Assembly (NCBI GenBank): GCA_043801965.1
Contig: JAZDLN010000032.1
Coordinates: forward strand, 1,638-65,637
Source of the DNA: Candidatus Falkowbacteria bacterium
GTDB taxonomy: Bacteria > Patescibacteriota > Patescibacteriia > Patescibacteriales > UBA12075
DNA: 64,000 nucleotides
Reading direction: 5' to 3'
A program made the translations under genes and the position numbers. Within the stretch, counting starts at the first letter, position 1. The number at the start of each line of letters is the position of its first letter. The notes under the pieces were generated by a model. It ran no database searches. It had not been told where the DNA came from and worked only from the letters and a program-made list of their open reading frames with translations. Positions 52,571 through 62,027 of this stretch are shown here, one piece after another.

Positions 52571-53815
52571 ATGAAAAAAAACATAAAGATAATTTTTTTG
52601 TTATTAGCCGTTTTAACGGTTTTTAATTCGTCCGGGATCGTTTCGGGTGCGATTTTAGATTACGGCGACGCGGAAATGATCAATAAGGAGATAAAAGACA
52701 TAAATAACGATATCCAGGATAATAAGGGCCAGATCAACAAGATCCAGGAGCTGCAAAAAAAATACTCGGACGAGATAAAGAAAAAACAATCGGAAAAAGC
52801 GAGTCTTAACAATCAGCTCTCTATCATGGATAACCGTTTAGCAAAGGCCGAGCTCGATATCGAGCTTGTGGAAACCGAGATCGAGCGCACCAAGCTCGAG
52901 ATCAAAAAAACCGATATCGAGATCGAAAGCAAGAACGAGGAGATCGAAACGGAAAAAACCCATATCGCCAATATAATCCGGCTCATGCATAAAAGCGACC
53001 GGGTGTCCACGCTTGAAATACTGCTTTTAAACGATTCTTTATCCGATTTTTTGACCCAGGTAAAATACCTGGAAGACATGAATGAAAGCGTAAGCGACGG
53101 CCTTGACGTCCTCGAGAAGCTCAAACGCCAGCTCGAAAGCGAGAAAAGGGGATTGGACAGCCAGAATAAAGAACTGGCAAAGCTAAGGGATGACCTTGTA
53201 AACAAGAAAAAGCTGCTTGAGGGCGAGAAAGAAAGCAAAGCTCTCGTGCTTTCCCAGGTTAAATCATCGGAACAGGAATACCAGAGACTCCTGGCCCAGG
53301 CCAAGAAAGAGCAGGAAGAGGTTGCCGCCGAGATTGCCAGCATGGAAAAGCTGGTCCGGGCCAAGATCGCGAAACTCCAGGGAAACGATAAACTTGAATT
53401 TAACGATAACGGCTTTATCTGGCCGGTGCCGAAAAACGTCGTAACCGCCTATTTCCATGACCCCGATTATCCTTTCCGCAATATCTTCGAGCATCCGGCG
53501 ATAGATATCCGCGCCGGCCAGGGTACGGCCCTAAAGGCCGCCGCTTCCGGCTATGTCGCCCGGATTAAAACCGGCGGAGCGACCGGTTACGGCTATATAA
53601 TGCTTATCCACGGCGACGGCCTCTCGACGGTTTACGGGCACGTTTCGAAAATTTACGTGGGCGAAGACGAATACGTCGTCCAGGGGCAGGCAATAGGGCT
53701 CTCCGGCGGCCTTCCCGGCACTCCCGGAGCCGGCCCCTTAACTACCGGTCCGCATCTGCATTTTGAAGTGCGTTTAAACGGTATACCGGTCGATCCTTTA
53801 AGCTATTTGCCGTAA
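52571..53815 (+). CDS. M23 family metallopeptidase with long N-terminal coiled coil (EnvC-like)
   Basis: 414 aa with signal peptide and a coiled coil of about 250 aa. HPAIDI and GPHLHFEVR motifs. Confidence 0.85.
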   Translation: MKKNIKIIFLLLAVLTVFNSSGIVSGAILDYGDAEMINKEIKDINNDIQDNKGQINKIQELQKKYSDEIKKKQSEKASLNNQLSIMDNRLAKAELDIELVETEIERTKLEIKKTDIEIESKNEEIETEKTHIANIIRLMHKSDRVSTLEILLLNDSLSDFLTQVKYLEDMNESVSDGLDVLEKLKRQLESEKRGLDSQNKELAKLRDDLVNKKKLLEGEKESKALVLSQVKSSEQEYQRLLAQAKKEQEEVAAEIASMEKLVRAKIAKLQGNDKLEFNDNGFIWPVPKNVVTAYFHDPDYPFRNIFEHPAIDIRAGQGTALKAAASGYVARIKTGGATGYGYIMLIHGDGLSTVYGHVSKIYVGEDEYVVQGQAIGLSGGLPGTPGAGPLTTGPHLHFEVRLNGIPVDPLSYLP

Positions 53816-53823
53816 TAAAGATA

Positions 53824-54201
53824 ATGGAATACGAAGAATCAGTCCAATCGGTATGCGACCGCGCCTTGGCAGTCCTGGGTGTCGGGAGGCTTAAATTCCG
53901 GCCCATGAGAAGAACCGCCCGCGTTGACCCGAAACGCGGTTATGTTATCGGGCGAACTAACCTTAAAACCGGCTTGATCACGATCGATATACTTACCGCG
54001 GTTAAACGCGAACCTAAAAAAATAGCCAGTATTCTGCGCACCCTTTGCCACGAGGTCGCGCATCATCAGAAACCGCCCTACCGGCAGTTATTCCGCTTTC
54101 GCTGGATCATACGGCAGCATTATCCTAAATTCTATAAGCAGATACTAAAAAACATCGAAAAACTTAAAAAAGACGAAATATTAAAAAATTATTTTATTTA
54201 A
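53824..54201 (+). CDS. Hypothetical protein with HExxH motif (putative small zinc metallopeptidase)
   Basis: 125 aa. LCHEVAHHQ. Confidence 0.4.
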   Translation: MEYEESVQSVCDRALAVLGVGRLKFRPMRRTARVDPKRGYVIGRTNLKTGLITIDILTAVKREPKKIASILRTLCHEVAHHQKPPYRQLFRFRWIIRQHYPKFYKQILKNIEKLKKDEILKNYFI

Positions 54202-54256
54202 TTTTTGCTAACATTAAATATTTTTTATTTAAAATTAAAAATAAGTTAAAAGGCTC

Positions 54257-54285
54257 TTGACAGAGTCTTGTTTTTATGCTAGAAT
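54257..54285 (+). promoter_or_regulatory. Near-consensus promoter TTGACA-17-(TGc)TAGAAT
   Basis: Hexamers at 54257-54262 and 54280-54285 with an extended -10 TG. A 5' UTR hairpin ggggtc-gttaatta-gacccc follows. Confidence 0.7.
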
Positions 54286-54365
54286 GGTAACAAGTTTCTA
54301 TAAACCTGGGGTCGTTAATTAGACCCCATACAACAATCATTCTTTCAAAACGAGGAGGATCAAAC

Positions 54366-54845
54366 ATGATCAACAACGGACAAAACGGCAACGGCGGCCC
54401 CACCTACACCACCCCCAAGGGGATCCAGAATGGGTCCCTCCGCACCGGCCCCAAGAACATTTTCCAGCATCTGGCCGGGACAAAGGCGGTACTCGGACTC
54501 GCCGAAGCCGAACGGATCTTCGATGACCTCGCCGGCTCCGGCGTCTCCGGCCAGGCCGCCATTCCGGCCGCCATTACCGCCACCGCCCGCCTCTTCGGCG
54601 CCGACGTCGTCGTCGAAACCGAAGCCGCCGCGAAGGTATCCGAGATGGAAGCGGCCGCCTATGCCGCCGAAGACGCCCGCGCCGACTACGAGAGCGCCAT
54701 GGCGGAAGAAATCCAGCGCATCGAGGAAGGCATCAAGGCCTCCAACGGAGTGGCCGCCTCGGTCAAAAACGCCGCCGCCAGCATCAAGGCCAAAGCCATG
54801 GCCGTCGCCGGGTTCTTCAACTACAAACAGGCGGTCGCCAACTAG
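54366..54845 (+). CDS. Ala-rich hypothetical protein encoded by a strongly GC-rich (C-ending codon) gene
   Basis: 159 aa with GAGGAGGA SD 6 nt upstream. All three overlapping ORFs here are GC artefacts except this frame, which has a promoter, SD and terminators. No signal peptide or TM helix. Confidence 0.6.
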   Translation: MINNGQNGNGGPTYTTPKGIQNGSLRTGPKNIFQHLAGTKAVLGLAEAERIFDDLAGSGVSGQAAIPAAITATARLFGADVVVETEAAAKVSEMEAAAYAAEDARADYESAMAEEIQRIEEGIKASNGVAASVKNAAASIKAKAMAVAGFFNYKQAVAN

Positions 54846-54876
54846 ACCACCCACATCCTCCATCGCAAAACTCAAG

Positions 54877-54947
54877 GGCGGTTCCATAACGGAACCGCCT
54901 CTTCTTTTACCGAAAAACGGTTCTTAACGGAACCGTTTGTTTTTTTA
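54877..54947. terminator. Tandem pair of related terminator hairpins
   Basis: ggcggttcc-ataac-ggaaccgcc (54877-54899) and aaacggttc-ttaac-ggaaccgttt (54915-54938), followed by T7. The second also faces the convergent recombinase gene. Confidence 0.75.
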
Positions 54948-54976
54948 TAATTTAGTATAGAGGGTCAGAAAGGGGA

Positions 54977-55936
54977 TTATTCCTTAAGCCTGCCGCCGTT
55001 ATGGATTTTTTTATGGATATCCTTAAGCTGCTTATTGGTCACGTGCGTATATATTTGCGTTGTGGCGATATTCCTGTGCCCCAGAAATTCCTGTACCAGA
55101 CGCAAATCCACCCCTTGGGCCAAAAGATCAGTAGCGAAAGAATGCCGGATCGTATGCGGCGTGGCCATGACCGGCAAACCGGCGATAACCACGTATTTTT
55201 TAACAATTCGCTCTATACTTTTTGTCGTAAGCCTTCTGGTGTTGCCGTCGCCGACCTTGGTGCTATGGTTTAAAAATAACGCCGCCTCGGCATCCGTTCT
55301 TTTGTCTAAATAAGCCCTTATCCATTTTACTGCCCGTGACGAAAAATAAACAGAGCGCACCCGGCCGCCTTTTCCCACGACAGCCACCTCAAGCTCTTCC
55401 GTAGAATTTTTTATTTTAAGCTGGTCGCAATTAAGTGAGGCTAATTCGGCCACGCGCAGACCGGTGGAAAACAAGGACTCCAGCAAAGCCCGGTCGCGAA
55501 GCCCTTGTTTTGTTTTAAGGTCCGGGGCCAAAAGCAGCCTTTCCACCTGTTCCAATGTCAGAAATTTTATGTCTTTATCATCCTTATCCCGGGCTAATTT
55601 TACGATAGTGGGCGAAAGTGAAGTAATTTTCTTTTCCGCAAAAAATTCCAAAAGGCTTCTTAGGGCGATCATATAATAATTTTGCGTGGTTTTTTTTAGC
55701 GTTTTCCCGGTCTTAGGGTCGGTGTGGCGCGACAAAAACACCCGGTATTTCCAGATATGGTCATCATTTAACCTGTCGGGCTTAAGAGAGGAGAGGTTAG
55801 CGGCCTCCAGCCAGGAAAAAAATTTATGCAAAAACCGGCTGTAGTTTTCCTGTGTTTTTGCGGACAAGCCTTTTTCTATTTCCAGATAATCAAGATAATC
55901 GGTTTTATACTCTATGATAGACTTATTGTTTGCCAT
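54977..55936 (-). CDS. Tyrosine site-specific recombinase (XerC/XerD family)
   Basis: Likely start MANNKSIIEYK at 55936 (ORF track 55990). Motifs: GLRVAEL, HTIRHSFATDL and LGHRNIATTQIYTHV. Confidence 0.85.
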   Translation of the reverse strand: MANNKSIIEYKTDYLDYLEIEKGLSAKTQENYSRFLHKFFSWLEAANLSSLKPDRLNDDHIWKYRVFLSRHTDPKTGKTLKKTTQNYYMIALRSLLEFFAEKKITSLSPTIVKLARDKDDKDIKFLTLEQVERLLLAPDLKTKQGLRDRALLESLFSTGLRVAELASLNCDQLKIKNSTEELEVAVVGKGGRVRSVYFSSRAVKWIRAYLDKRTDAEAALFLNHSTKVGDGNTRRLTTKSIERIVKKYVVIAGLPVMATPHTIRHSFATDLLAQGVDLRLVQEFLGHRNIATTQIYTHVTNKQLKDIHKKIHNGGRLKE

Positions 55937-55975
55937 AGTATCATTATAACATAAATCACATAGGGGATAAATACT

Positions 55976-56000
55976 AAAAAACCCCAACAAACAAGGGGTT
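55976..56000 (-). terminator. Minus-strand terminator downstream of the 49-codon ORF
   Basis: aacccc-aacaaacaa-ggggtt, with T5 on the minus strand. Confidence 0.6.
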
Positions 56001-56077
56001 TCTAGTTAATACGCTGTCGCATAATGTAGATTAAGCGACACTGCATATTATATAAATAATATCCTAGTCTATATTAG

Positions 56078-56227
56078 CTAGTACTGCCTGGTCATGGTAA
56101 TACCCAAGATATTTAGTTCGGGATATGCCAACAGTAACATTTTTATGATCAGCAAAAACAAACCGATTATAAAAAGACAAAAAATAAAAATTGCGAAAGC
56201 GAAGACGATTTTAAAAGCTGCTTCCAT
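56078..56227 (-). CDS. Candidate 49-aa hydrophobic micro-protein
   Basis: Manual translation gives MEAAFKIVFAFAIFIFCLFIIGLFLLIIKMLLLAYPELNILGITMTRQY*. It is below the ORF-track size cutoff and is followed by a terminator. Confidence 0.3.
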   Translation of the reverse strand: MEAAFKIVFAFAIFIFCLFIIGLFLLIIKMLLLAYPELNILGITMTRQY

Positions 56228-56491
56228 ATGTTATTAATAAATGCGTAATTCATGACAAGCGCAACGATATGCGCTCAATGAATTTACGATGATTATTTTG
56301 GTTAAATATATCCAAGAATTGATTTGTTTTTTACTCTCTTCCTTCCCCGTGGTTATTTGCCTGATGCTAACCGCAATTATACCGTATACTTATTAAAATT
56401 ATTTAAATTTTTCTCTTATATTAGCGTAATAAATTGCCTAATATTAGTAAAAGTAACTAATATCAGCTAAAAAACATTCATACAAAATGCA

Positions 56492-57424
56492 TTAACGGTA
56501 ATACACGCTGTCGCCTATCCTTAAATCAATGTAGGTCTTTTTATGGAAATCCTCTTTGATCTTTTCGTTCTTTATGATTATCAATTTATTTATCTGCCGG
56601 CCGGCGTCTTCCTGGATGTTAAAATATACCATCGGGCCTTCGGTAAGAGATAATTTCACAGTATTAGCTTCGTTGTCGATCACGAATTTTTGGATCTTGA
56701 ATATTTCGTCAAGCGACACCTCTTTTTTCTCTTTGCTGACGGGATCTTCTTGCGTGGTTTTATATTCCCGAAACCGTCTGAAAAGGTCCGCGATGTAATT
56801 GAGGTAAGGCTTATCTATGGCTATCGCGGAGCCGGTTATCTTGCCGTCGCTTTGGTTGTTTATCAAAGGATAATCCTTCCCCTGGACCTCGAGCGGATCA
56901 ACTTCGGATATGACCGCCCCGCCTTCGTCTATGTAATAGAACTTATCGTCTTCGCTCCAGATAAACGAATGTTTTTTTTCTTCATAGTTTATGGTGAGCG
57001 TATGCGGCAATTTTTTGTCTATATAAAGATTATCGAACGAGTATTTGTCCCTCAAAACCTTTTCCAGGTCGCCCTTGTCGAAAAAAAACAGGTTTTTTTG
57101 CGGAAAGATCACGAGAACGTTCTTGTCGATCCGCTCACGGGCGATCTTCTCCACGGCGGTGACAGGCACCCTGCCCTGGCCGCTTACTTCCACGGCGGTA
57201 ATGCGGAAATAGGGAGAATAGAACAATACCCAGATCCCGACAGCCGCGGCCGCCAGCACGGATAATGACGTTAATTTTACGTAAAGCGGCAGCTGCTGGG
57301 TGTTTATTTTGAAACTCCGGTTTTTTCTTTCGGCGAAAAAAGGATTGGAGTACTCCCGGCTGCTGTAACGCAACGCGCCCTTGTTCCTGATTTTTCTTCT
57401 ATTATGTAAATCGCCCGGCAGCAT
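56492..57424 (-). CDS. ftsQ: Cell division protein FtsQ-like (POTRA domain)
   Basis: 310 aa. A basic N-terminus, one TM helix, then POTRA FRITAVEVSGQGRVP. Located downstream of ddl. Confidence 0.7.
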   Translation of the reverse strand: MLPGDLHNRRKIRNKGALRYSSREYSNPFFAERKNRSFKINTQQLPLYVKLTSLSVLAAAAVGIWVLFYSPYFRITAVEVSGQGRVPVTAVEKIARERIDKNVLVIFPQKNLFFFDKGDLEKVLRDKYSFDNLYIDKKLPHTLTINYEEKKHSFIWSEDDKFYYIDEGGAVISEVDPLEVQGKDYPLINNQSDGKITGSAIAIDKPYLNYIADLFRRFREYKTTQEDPVSKEKKEVSLDEIFKIQKFVIDNEANTVKLSLTEGPMVYFNIQEDAGRQINKLIIIKNEKIKEDFHKKTYIDLRIGDSVYYR

Positions 57425-57450
57425 ATTTTTTTTCTTAGTGGCTCTTAATG

Positions 57451-58533
57451 CTATTGATTTATGGCCCCGGCGATCAATCTATCTAAAAAAGCGGTAAAAT
57501 CGAGGCCGGCGGACCGGGCGGCCTCAGGGGCCAGGCTCGTAGCGGTCATTCCGGGAATGGTGTTTAATTCGATAAAATAGATCGCGTCATCCTTGCCGCT
57601 CCAGATAAAATCCGCGCGCGCCAGATCGCGGCAGCCAATAGCCTTAAAGCACGCGACCGCGTAAGCCTGCATTTTCGCGCGGATATTATCGGGAATATCG
57701 GCCGGGCAGACGTGTTCACTGCCGCCATCCTCGTATTTAGCCTTATAGTCGTAAAAATCCGATATTTTCGGTATGATCTCGATGACCGGCAAGGCTTCGG
57801 GCGTATCCGCGCCCATGACCGCCACCGTGAATTCGCGTCCGACAATATATTTCTCAAGCATAACGGTTCGGCCGTATCGAAAAGCATCCGCTATCCCCTT
57901 CTCTAAAGATTTTTTATCTTTGGCGATCGTAATGCCCACGGATGAGCCGAGCTCGGCCGGCTTTATGACCAAGGGTAAAGAAAATTCAGCGATTATTTTT
58001 TCCGCGTCATAGTCTTCGCCGGCGAGGAGCAATAGTTCGGCCGCGACCGGCACTCCGGCATTTTTCACGATGATCTTGGCTTTCGGCTTGTTCATGGCCA
58101 GGGCATGGGCAAGAACGCCGGAAAACACGTAAGGGATGCCGAGCATATCGAGCATACCCTGAACCCGGCCGTCTTCGCCGTAAGAACCGTGGAGTATCGG
58201 CAGGACCAGATCGATCTTCCGGGAAATATCGCTTTCCGCGAAGTTGTTCAGGTTAGTTTCTTCGTTTTTTAACGTAACTAAACTTTGCGATGACTCCAGG
58301 CTGACGGCATTTTCCTTTCCGGCCGCGGACGCGTGCAGGTCTAAATAAGCCGCGCCTTTCGTGCCTACTAGCCAATTGCCTTTTTTCGTGATAGCGATCG
58401 GAATAATATTGTACTTTTCCGGATCAAGGGCCTTAAGCACGCTTTTTACTGAAGCGAGCGACACCTCATGCTCGCTGGATCGGCCGCCGAAGATCACGGC
58501 TAAATTTATTTTTGATTGGCTGTTTTTTATCAT
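57451..58533 (-). CDS. ddl: D-alanine--D-alanine ligase
   Basis: 360 aa. FGGRSSEHEVSL, HGSYGEDGRVQG and ATP-grasp ELNTIPGMT. Confidence 0.9.
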   Translation of the reverse strand: MIKNSQSKINLAVIFGGRSSEHEVSLASVKSVLKALDPEKYNIIPIAITKKGNWLVGTKGAAYLDLHASAAGKENAVSLESSQSLVTLKNEETNLNNFAESDISRKIDLVLPILHGSYGEDGRVQGMLDMLGIPYVFSGVLAHALAMNKPKAKIIVKNAGVPVAAELLLLAGEDYDAEKIIAEFSLPLVIKPAELGSSVGITIAKDKKSLEKGIADAFRYGRTVMLEKYIVGREFTVAVMGADTPEALPVIEIIPKISDFYDYKAKYEDGGSEHVCPADIPDNIRAKMQAYAVACFKAIGCRDLARADFIWSGKDDAIYFIELNTIPGMTATSLAPEAARSAGLDFTAFLDRLIAGAINQ

Positions 58534-58574
58534 AACGTACCCTAAAGACGCGCTGAAGATCGATTATGAAAAAG

Positions 58575-59906
58575 TTACGAGTTCAGGTGGGATTTACCGG
58601 AAATGCGTTCTATATTCCCCGGCATGAATTTGCGCAAAACCTCGGGAATGACCACGGAGCCGTCCGCTTGCTGGAAGTTTTCCAGGATAGCGATCATCGG
58701 GCGTATGCTCGGCAAGGCCGTATTATTCAGCATGTGGACGACTTTTTTCTGCCCATCCGCGGTTTTATATTTAACGTTTAAGCGCCGCGCCTGCCAATCG
58801 CCGAAGTTGGAAGCCGAACCGGTTTCACCCCAGCCGTTTCTTGACGGCATCCAGGCCTCCAGGTCGAACATTTTATATTTTCCGGCGCTCATATCTCCGG
58901 TGCAGATCTGCAGGACGCGGAAGGGCAGACCTAGTTCCCGGTGCAGTTCCTTCGAAATTTCGACCATTTCGAGGTGCAGTTTGTTAGACTCTTCGAAGTC
59001 AGCCTTGGAGACGCAGACCTGCTCCACCTTCATGAATTCATGAACGCGATATAGTCCCTTAGTGTCTTTGCCGTAGGAGCCGATTTCACTGCGGTAACAT
59101 TGCGAGAAGCCGCAAACCTTGATCGGCAGATTTTTTTCTTCTAGCGTCTCGTTGGCGAAATACGCCAAAAGCGAAGGCTCGGCCGTTCCCACCAGGAATT
59201 TATCCTCTTTATTCTTTTTACCGTCAGACTCGACCTCTTCGTTGGCTATTTTATAAATTTCATCCACTTCCGGATTGAATTTCCGGCCGGAAAAATAACC
59301 GGAGCCGAATAAAGCGAACTCTTTGACCAGCGTAGGCGGGATCATCGGCGTAAAGCCCTTGCCGATAAGCTTCTCGAGGGCAAATAGCATCAAGGCCATC
59401 TGCAGGCTGACCGCCTCGTTCTTTACGTAATAACCGCGGTAACCGGCGACTTTCGCTCCTCGTTCCAGGTCGAAGAGATCGAGGTCGCGGGCCAATTCCA
59501 TATGGCTTTTCGGCTCAAAATCGAATTTTGTCGGCTCTCCCTCGCGGTAAATCTCCACGTTTTCCGAATCATCTTTTCCGACAGGAACGTCCTTTGACGG
59601 TATGGTCGGTACTTTTACCATTATATCCTCGTATTGCTCCTCGACGGCCTTGAGTTCGGTTTCGGTTTGGGCCACCCCCTCCTTAAGCTCCTTACCCTTA
59701 TTTATCTGTTCCTCCGAAGGCTTTCCCTGCTTCGCTGTTTTGGCTAATTCGTTCCTCTCGGCTCTTAAACTGTCGATTTTCGTCAGAAGCTCCCGGCGGC
59801 GATCGTCGAGCTTAAGTAATCCGTCTATATCGATCTTAATATTCTTGTTTTTAGCCGCTTGCTTTATTTCGTCCGCGTGTTCGCGGATATATTTGATGTC
59901 GAGCAT
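58575..59906 (-). CDS. serS: Serine--tRNA ligase
   Basis: 443 aa. N-terminal coiled-coil arm and class II motifs (YRSEIGS, FMKVEQ, NNTALP). Confidence 0.95.
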   Translation of the reverse strand: MLDIKYIREHADEIKQAAKNKNIKIDIDGLLKLDDRRRELLTKIDSLRAERNELAKTAKQGKPSEEQINKGKELKEGVAQTETELKAVEEQYEDIMVKVPTIPSKDVPVGKDDSENVEIYREGEPTKFDFEPKSHMELARDLDLFDLERGAKVAGYRGYYVKNEAVSLQMALMLFALEKLIGKGFTPMIPPTLVKEFALFGSGYFSGRKFNPEVDEIYKIANEEVESDGKKNKEDKFLVGTAEPSLLAYFANETLEEKNLPIKVCGFSQCYRSEIGSYGKDTKGLYRVHEFMKVEQVCVSKADFEESNKLHLEMVEISKELHRELGLPFRVLQICTGDMSAGKYKMFDLEAWMPSRNGWGETGSASNFGDWQARRLNVKYKTADGQKKVVHMLNNTALPSIRPMIAILENFQQADGSVVIPEVLRKFMPGNIERISGKSHLNS

Positions 59907-59914
59907 ATTTCTAG

Positions 59915-59950
59915 AATTAAGTATTTAGTATTAAGTATTTAGTATTAAGC
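59915..59950. repeat. Tandem 14-nt direct repeat AAGTATTTAGTATT x2 (TATTAAGTATTTAGTA family)
   Basis: 59918-59931 and 59932-59945. It bridges the stop of the upstream gene and the serS start region. Confidence 0.7.
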
Positions 59951-60367
59951 AGTGGCGCCGATAATGCTCAAATCACCGTTCAGCAAGATCGGCTGCATGG
60001 CGAGAATTTCATCGGTGTAGGGCATATCCGGTATGCCGTTTAAAATAAAAGTTTTTTTATTGAGGGCGTGTCCGTAACCTAACTCCAGAAAGGCGTTGCC
60101 GCCGATATAATTTTTTATTCCCTTCTTGGTCTCGTTCACTATCAAAACCGCGTCCGCGGCTTTTATTTTTTCGTAATAATCCCGTATAAGATCGCCCGCG
60201 ATTTTGTTTTGCGTGGATTCATGGCTTGATTCCGGCGCGAGATCGCCGTTCGCGTATTCACGCGCGTTTTTGGGCAGGATAACCTCATGTCCGGATTTTT
60301 TCAGTTCCGTTTCGATCTCGGTCATTCTTTTGGCTGACGACATGCTGCCGCATAGGACTATTTTCAT
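59945..60367 (-). CDS. Nucleoside 2-deoxyribosyltransferase-like superfamily protein
   Basis: 140 aa. MKIVLCGSMS... and GGNAFLELGYGHALNK (conserved Glu context). Confidence 0.45.
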   Translation of the reverse strand: MKIVLCGSMSSAKRMTEIETELKKSGHEVILPKNAREYANGDLAPESSHESTQNKIAGDLIRDYYEKIKAADAVLIVNETKKGIKNYIGGNAFLELGYGHALNKKTFILNGIPDMPYTDEILAMQPILLNGDLSIIGATA

Positions 60368-60377
60368 AGAGTTAGCC

Positions 60378-61850
60378 TTATCGGTGTTTGGGTTTAAGCA
60401 AGGGAAATATCTGGCATTCGCGCGCCGTCCTGTCCATAAGGAAGCTGAAGACGCGCTCGCTCATGCCGAAACCGCAGGTGGGCGGCATACCGTGTTCAAG
60501 GGCTTCCACGAATTCCGGATCCGCCATTTGCGCTTCGTCATCTCCCGCTTCCCGCAATTTCTGCTGCTCGGCGAATCTCGTCGCCTGATCCACCGGGTCG
60601 TTAAGCTCGCTATAGCCGTTGCCCAGTTCGGAACCGGCGATAATAGGCTGAAAACGCTCCGTTAATTCCGGCCTGTCCGTCATTTTTTTAGCCAAAGGAC
60701 TGACGGCCAGCGGTACGCCGACCAGAAAACCCGGACCGGCTATGCTTTTGCGGCAATATTTCCAAAGATTGTCTATCGCCCGGGTAATATTAAACCCTTT
60801 TTTATCGTAGTCGATCTTTAATTCTTTAAGCTTCGCTTCGATGGCTTTAATGTCCGTATTTAATATATCGATGCCGGTTTTTTCCCTGACCGTGTCCCGG
60901 TAGTCATAGATCGCCCATTTTTTATCCAGATCTATGTCAAAACCGCGAATTTTAAATTTAAGCGTGCCGAAAGTTTCCCGCGCCACGTGTTTATATAATT
61001 CCTCGACCAGATCCATGCCCATCTTATAATCGGCGTAAGACCAGTAAAACTCCATCTGGGTATAATCCTGCAGATGCTCGGCGTCCATGCCTTCGTTGCG
61101 GAACTGGCGCCCGATCTCGAACGTTTTTTCGAGTCCGGCCACCATCAGCCGTTTTTGCCAAAGTTCGCCCGTTGATATGCGTAAGTATACGTCCATGTCG
61201 AGGGCGTTGTGATGGGTAACGAAAGGCCGGGCATCGGCGCCGCCGGTAGTAACTTCAAGAACGGGGGTTTCCACCTCAAGAAAACCTTTATTAAGCAGAA
61301 AATTTCTGATCGAGTTCCAGAATTTAGAACGTTTTTCTATCATATCCCTGGTTTCGCCGTTAAGCATTATATCCAGGTATCTTTTTCTTAATTTTTCCTC
61401 TTCATCTTTAAGCCCGTGCCATTTTTCCGGCAAGGGCCTTATTGCCTTAGAAAGCAATTTCCAGCTTTTGACCATGAGGCTTTTTTCACCCTTGTGAGTA
61501 ACGAAACAAACGCCCGTTACTTCGACAAAATCACCCATGTCTATTAATTTATCGAATATTTTATAGCTTTCCGCGGAATCCAGTTCTTTTTTGGAAACCG
61601 CTATCTGGATCGGGCCGCTTACATCCAATAAATTCGCGAAATTCAGGTTGCCGTGCGATCGTTTGGTCATAAGCCGTCCGGCCAATACGACTTCGCCGTT
61701 ATTTTCCTGGATTTTTTCGAAATTTTTTAAAACCTCTGACGCTAAATGCGTCCGGCCTGATCTTGACGGATACGGGTTTAAATCGTTTTTCCTTAATTCC
61801 TGAAGTTTAGAAAGACGCTCATCGCGTTCGTTTATTTTTTCTTGTGTCAT
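60378..61850 (-). CDS. lysS: Lysine--tRNA ligase (class II)
   Basis: 490 aa. OB-fold N-domain and class II motifs (FRNEG, ELNDP, GFGMSERV). Confidence 0.95.
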   Translation of the reverse strand: MTQEKINERDERLSKLQELRKNDLNPYPSRSGRTHLASEVLKNFEKIQENNGEVVLAGRLMTKRSHGNLNFANLLDVSGPIQIAVSKKELDSAESYKIFDKLIDMGDFVEVTGVCFVTHKGEKSLMVKSWKLLSKAIRPLPEKWHGLKDEEEKLRKRYLDIMLNGETRDMIEKRSKFWNSIRNFLLNKGFLEVETPVLEVTTGGADARPFVTHHNALDMDVYLRISTGELWQKRLMVAGLEKTFEIGRQFRNEGMDAEHLQDYTQMEFYWSYADYKMGMDLVEELYKHVARETFGTLKFKIRGFDIDLDKKWAIYDYRDTVREKTGIDILNTDIKAIEAKLKELKIDYDKKGFNITRAIDNLWKYCRKSIAGPGFLVGVPLAVSPLAKKMTDRPELTERFQPIIAGSELGNGYSELNDPVDQATRFAEQQKLREAGDDEAQMADPEFVEALEHGMPPTCGFGMSERVFSFLMDRTARECQIFPLLKPKHR

Positions 61851-62027
61851 ATTCGTAAAAATATAAAAATCTCCTGCTTTAAGCGAGAGTGGTAATTTCT
61901 TAAATCATTGTATTTATTTTAATATAAATAGCGAAAAAAAGCAAATAAAAATCCCGTAATCCACACCCTTGACCATAACTGTCACGCGACAATTCTTAAT
62001 CATAGGTTTCGAATTACGGGAATAATA

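Noticed and set aside
54360-54927. 175-aa minus-strand and 165-aa plus-strand ORFs overlapping the GC-rich gene
   Set aside because: High GC suppresses stop codons in all frames. Only the 54366 frame is preceded by a promoter and SD. The others translate to Pro/Gly/Arg-rich low-complexity strings.
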